Assembly: GCF_006345805.1 (NCBI RefSeq)
Contig: NW_021825476.1
Location: forward strand, 1 to 12,575
From: Octopus sinensis
Lineage: Eukaryota
Reading direction: 5' to 3'
DNA: 12,575 nt
The translations under genes were made by a program, and so were the position numbers. The notes under the pieces were generated by a model. The model saw only the letters and a program-made list of their open reading frames with translations, had not been told where the DNA came from and did no database searches. This document shows positions 9,709 through 12,575 of this stretch, in pieces. Numbering within the stretch: the first letter of the stretch is position 1; the number at the start of each line of letters is the position of its first letter.

Positions 9709-10335
9709 TGCCCTTGTGTGTGTGTGTCTGTGTGTGTTGATAGCTCTCAATATTTTAAATATTTGCAAATAAAAATAAATTATCGGAGCGTTTATTTTTG
9801 AAAATTATTTAATCATTTTTTGCATTTACTTTATCTATTCATTGATTTATTCATTTCTTGCCATTTCTTCATTTCTCGATTCTGCCCCAAACCCCCTATT
9901 ACCCCCACACACACCCCCTTGCATTTAGTCCCCACCCCACGCCCTTTCCCCACCCACCCTCCGCCGCTTCTCTCAGAAATATTCCCTTCTTGATGCCGGC
10001 CACTCAACCGTGAAAAATGAAATAAATAAGGAAAAAAAATGCGGATCAGTGGCATCCGAAGTCGTTCAGCTGGGATCACTAAGGTAAAGAGGGATCAGTT
10101 TAGGGGTGACGGGGGAGGAAGGACCTTACCTCAACAACACAACAACAGCTGTGTTGACGGCTTCCATCCCCCTTTTTTTTCATTTTTGTCGTGTATCTAT
10201 GTGATGTGGTTGTGTTTGGTAATCATCAGACAAGAACCACAGACCGTGTTAGTCATCACGTTGTTACCACTTAGTTAGGGAGGAAAAGACAAGGACGAGA
10301 TTGTATCAAAAAGTTCCCGGACTAATTATGCTTAA

Positions 10336-10540
10336 CCCTTTTGTTACCAACCCGGCCAAAACTGGCTTTGGCTCTATAGTACAAATATCTTGTTTTTATA
10401 AGTTTTGAATTAAAATCTTCCACCAAACCTTAGTCACAATTTATGTTCCTAACACTAGCTTAATAATAACTAAGTTATTTTACTAAATTCTTTTTGAAAG
10501 AAACACGGAGCATCTCAACAGGAATATGGTAACAAAAGGG
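10336..10540 (+). mobile_element. piggyBac-type MITE, copy 1
   Basis: TTAA(10332-10335) CCCTTTTGTTACCA...TGGTAACAAAAGGG TTAA(10541-10544): perfect 14-bp TIR. CCC/GGG termini with TTAA flanks are piggyBac hallmarks. Carries an internal ~17-bp deletion relative to the other copies. Confidence 0.9.
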
Positions 10541-10560
10541 TTAACAAATGATTAATTTAA

Positions 10561-10777
10561 CCCTTTTGATACCAACCCGGCTGAAACCGGCTCTGGCTCT
10601 ATAGTACAAATATCTTGTTTCCATAAGTTTTGAATTAAAATCTTCCACCAAACCTTAGTCACAATTTATATTCCTAACACTAGCTTAATGATAACTAAGT
10701 TATTTTACTAAATTCTTTGTTATATTTAAAGTAATTGAAAGAAACACAGAGCATCTCAACAGAAATACGGTAACAAA
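10561..10777 (+). mobile_element. piggyBac-type MITE, copy 2 (right TIR truncated)
   Basis: TTAA-CCCTTTTGATACC at the start; ends ggtaacaaa without aggg-TTAA. Confidence 0.9.
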
Positions 10778-10789
10778 TGATTAATTTAA

Positions 10790-11011
10790 CCCTTTTGATA
10801 CCAACCCGGCTGAAACCAGCTCTGGCTCTGTAGTACAAATGTCTTGTTTTTATAAGTTTTGAATTAAAATTTTCCAACAAACCTTAGTCACAATTTATAT
10901 TCCTAACACTAGCTTAATGATAACTAAGTTATTTTACTAAATTCTTTGTTATATTTAGAATGAATTGAAAGAAACACAGAGCATCTTAGCAGAAATATGG
11001 TAACAAAAGGG
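10790..11011 (+). mobile_element. piggyBac-type MITE, copy 3
   Basis: TTAA-CCCTTTTGATACC...GGTAACAAAAGGG-TTAA(11012-11015). Confidence 0.92.
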
Positions 11012-11042
11012 TTAAAATATATAATAGAGAATCAATTCTTAA

Positions 11043-11263
11043 CCCTTTTGATACCAACCCGGCTGAAACCAGCTCTGGCTCTGTAGTACAAATGTCTTGT
11101 TTTCATAAGTTTTGAATTAAAATCTTCCACCAAACCTTAATCACAATTTATGTTCCTAACACTAACTTAATGATAACTAAGTTATTTTACTAAATTCTTT
11201 GTTATATCTAAAGTAATTAAAAGAAACACAGAGCATCTCAAAATAGATACAGTAACGATAGGG
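11043..11263 (+). mobile_element. piggyBac-type MITE, copy 4
   Basis: TTAA(11039-11042)-CCCTTTTGATACC...agtaacgataGGG-TTAA(11264-11267); the right TIR is degenerate. Confidence 0.9.
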
Positions 11264-11351
11264 TTAACCATAAATAGCATTTAAGAGATGAGGAATTATT
11301 TACATTATTTACATTTGATGGATATTTGTCCTCATATTGTTTGTTGTTAAT

Positions 11352-11436
11352 GGGCATATGGTATAGTGGTTAAGAGTGCGGGCTACTAAACCCAAGATTC
11401 CAAGTTCGATTCCAGGCGGTGACCTGAATAATAATA

Positions 11437-11474
<38 letters not shown>

Positions 11475-11530
11475 TCGAAAAATACCTTAGGAATGAGAAC
11501 CCAGGTTCGAAATTTCCCCAAGACACTTGA
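11352..11530 (+). mobile_element. tRNA-headed SINE-like element with internal (AAT)n
   Basis: A box TGGTATAGTGG (11359-11369) and B box AGTTCGATTCC (11403-11413), then (AAT)n at 11427-11472 and a unique body to 11530. There is no paired acceptor stem, so it is not a functional tRNA. Confidence 0.8.
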
Positions 11531-11545
11531 CACACACACACATAA

Positions 11546-11970
11546 GTGCAGGTGTGGCTGTGTTATAAGAATCTCGCTGCTCAATCGCATAGTACCAGGT
11601 TCACAGGTTCAGTCCCACTGCATGACACCTTGGGCAAGTGTCTTTTAGTAGTCTTGGGCCAACCAAAGCCTTGTGACTGGATTTGATAGATGGAAACTGA
11701 AAGAAGCCCATTGTATATATATATATATATATATATGTATAAATTCATGTGTGTGTCTATACTTGCACCTCCCTCACCATGACTTGACAACCAATGTTGG
11801 TGTGTTTACATCCCTGTAACTTAGCAGTTCAGTAAAAGAGTCTAATAAGTACTAGGCTTATGAAGAATAAGTCCTGGGGTCAATTTCTTTGACTAAAATC
11901 TCTTTGAGGCAGGGCTCAAGCATGGCTAGTCATATGACTGAAAAAAGTAAAACGACAAAAAATAAAAGAA
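11546..11970 (+). mobile_element. Diverged full-length CORE-like SINE (same family as 7483-7884)
   Basis: gtgcaggtgTGGCTGTG...GGTTCAGTCCC...CCTTGGGCAAGTGTCTT...(TA)n...gcatgg...atgactgaaaaaagtaaaa tail, colinear with the reverse complement of 7483-7884. It has an 8-bp duplication caggttca at 11596-11611. Confidence 0.87.
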
Positions 11971-11988
11971 TGTATGTGTATGTGTGTG

Positions 11989-12070
11989 CCACTGCATGGC
12001 ACCTTGGGCAAGTGTCTTCTACTATAGCCTCGGGCCGACCAAAACCTTGTGAGTGGATTTGGTAGATGGA
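11989..12070 (+). mobile_element. Internal (CORE) fragment of the same SINE family
   Basis: 3 mismatches in 83 bp versus the reverse complement of the 7483-7884 copy; truncated at both ends. Confidence 0.88.
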
Positions 12071-12251
12071 ATCCCATTGTGTGGTGACACCTGGGGCAAA
12101 TGTCTTCTACTATAATTCTAGGCTGATTAAAGCATTGTAAATGAGTTTCGTCAATGAAAACTGCATGAAGTCCATCGTATTTATATATACAGCGGTGGTG
12201 CCCCAGCATGGCCGCGGCCTTCAGGCTAAAACATTTTTAAGGATTTAAGGA
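12071..12251 (+). mobile_element. 5'-truncated related SINE subfamily copy with tail
   Basis: gacacctggggcaaatgtcttctactata (CORE variant), then gccccagcatggccgcgg (compare the reverse complement of ccgcggccatgctggagc-like sequence at 7527-7545), ending ttttaaggatttaagga. Confidence 0.7.
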
Positions 12252-12253
12252 TA

Positions 12254-12455
12254 CAGGGTTGGCCAAAAGTCACCTGACAGTAAATCAAAAATATGGCCTA
12301 GTGGTTAGAGCAACGGACTCGCGGTCGAGGGATCGTGGGTTTGAATTCATCGCCCGGTCTGAATTCGAACCTGCGACCCCTCGACCTTGAGTCCGCTGCT
12401 CTAACCACTAGGCCATGTTTTTGATATACTGTCAGGTGACTTTTGGCCAACCCCG
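12254..12455. mobile_element. Tc1/mariner-type palindromic MITE whose arms contain tRNA-derived Pol III promoter heads
   Basis: TA(12252-12253) CAGGGTTGGCCAAAAGTCACCTGACAGTA...TACTGTCAGGTGACTTTTGGCCAACCCCG TA(12456-12457). The 95-bp arms have 10 mismatches around a 12-bp spacer, and each arm has an A box TGGCCTAGTGG and a B-box-like GGTT(T/C)GAATTC. Confidence 0.85.
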
Positions 12456-12575
12456 TATATACAAATACAATGGGCTTCCATACAGTTTTCATCAACGGAA
12501 TTCATTTACAAGGCTTTAATCAGCCTAGAGTTATAGTAGAAGATATCTGCCCCAGGTGTCGCCACACACTGAGAT
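12456..12575 (-). mobile_element. Inverted copy of the 12071-12189 SINE-subfamily segment (runs off the window end)
   Basis: The reverse complement aligns to 12071-12189 with 15 mismatches and 1 gap in 120 columns (~87%). Confidence 0.85.

Noticed and set aside
8245-9801. Hydrophobic poly-V/L/I/Y ORFs resembling membrane or signal peptides
   Set aside because: They are direct translations of (GTA)n, (GTG)n and (ATT)n.
11352-11425. Functional tRNA gene (also 12290-12350, 12361-12420 and 8230-8300)
   Set aside because: A and B boxes are present, but acceptor and anticodon stems do not pair properly and the sequences run into repeat bodies. These are SINE heads; tRNAscan-SE should score them as pseudo or not at all.

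Overview
This is repeat-saturated eukaryotic DNA with no credible intact protein-coding gene. The interspersed repeats resemble tRNA-derived SINE and MITE families I recall from octopus/coleoid cephalopod genomes; the taxon is an inference from recall, not a search result. Most bases are simple or compound microsatellites plus two larger tandem arrays: a 152-bp higher-order satellite (~2920-3830) and ~30 copies of a 66-bp CA-rich minisatellite (3940-5922), which explains the long His/Thr/Tyr and Cys/Val ORFs. Mobile DNA includes a decayed LINE reverse-transcriptase fragment (2303-2452), a fold-back inverted repeat (2019-2230), nested and duplicated CORE-like SINEs (7377-8300, 11546-12575), four tandem TTAA-flanked piggyBac-type MITEs (10336-11263) and a tRNA-headed element with an (AAT)n core (11352-11530). 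The most unusual structure is a 202-bp TA-flanked Tc1/mariner-type palindrome (12254-12455) whose two arms each carry a tRNA-like Pol III promoter facing the centre, itself lying inside a second pair of inverted arms. I found no new gene system; the findings concern transposon architecture and repeat evolution.
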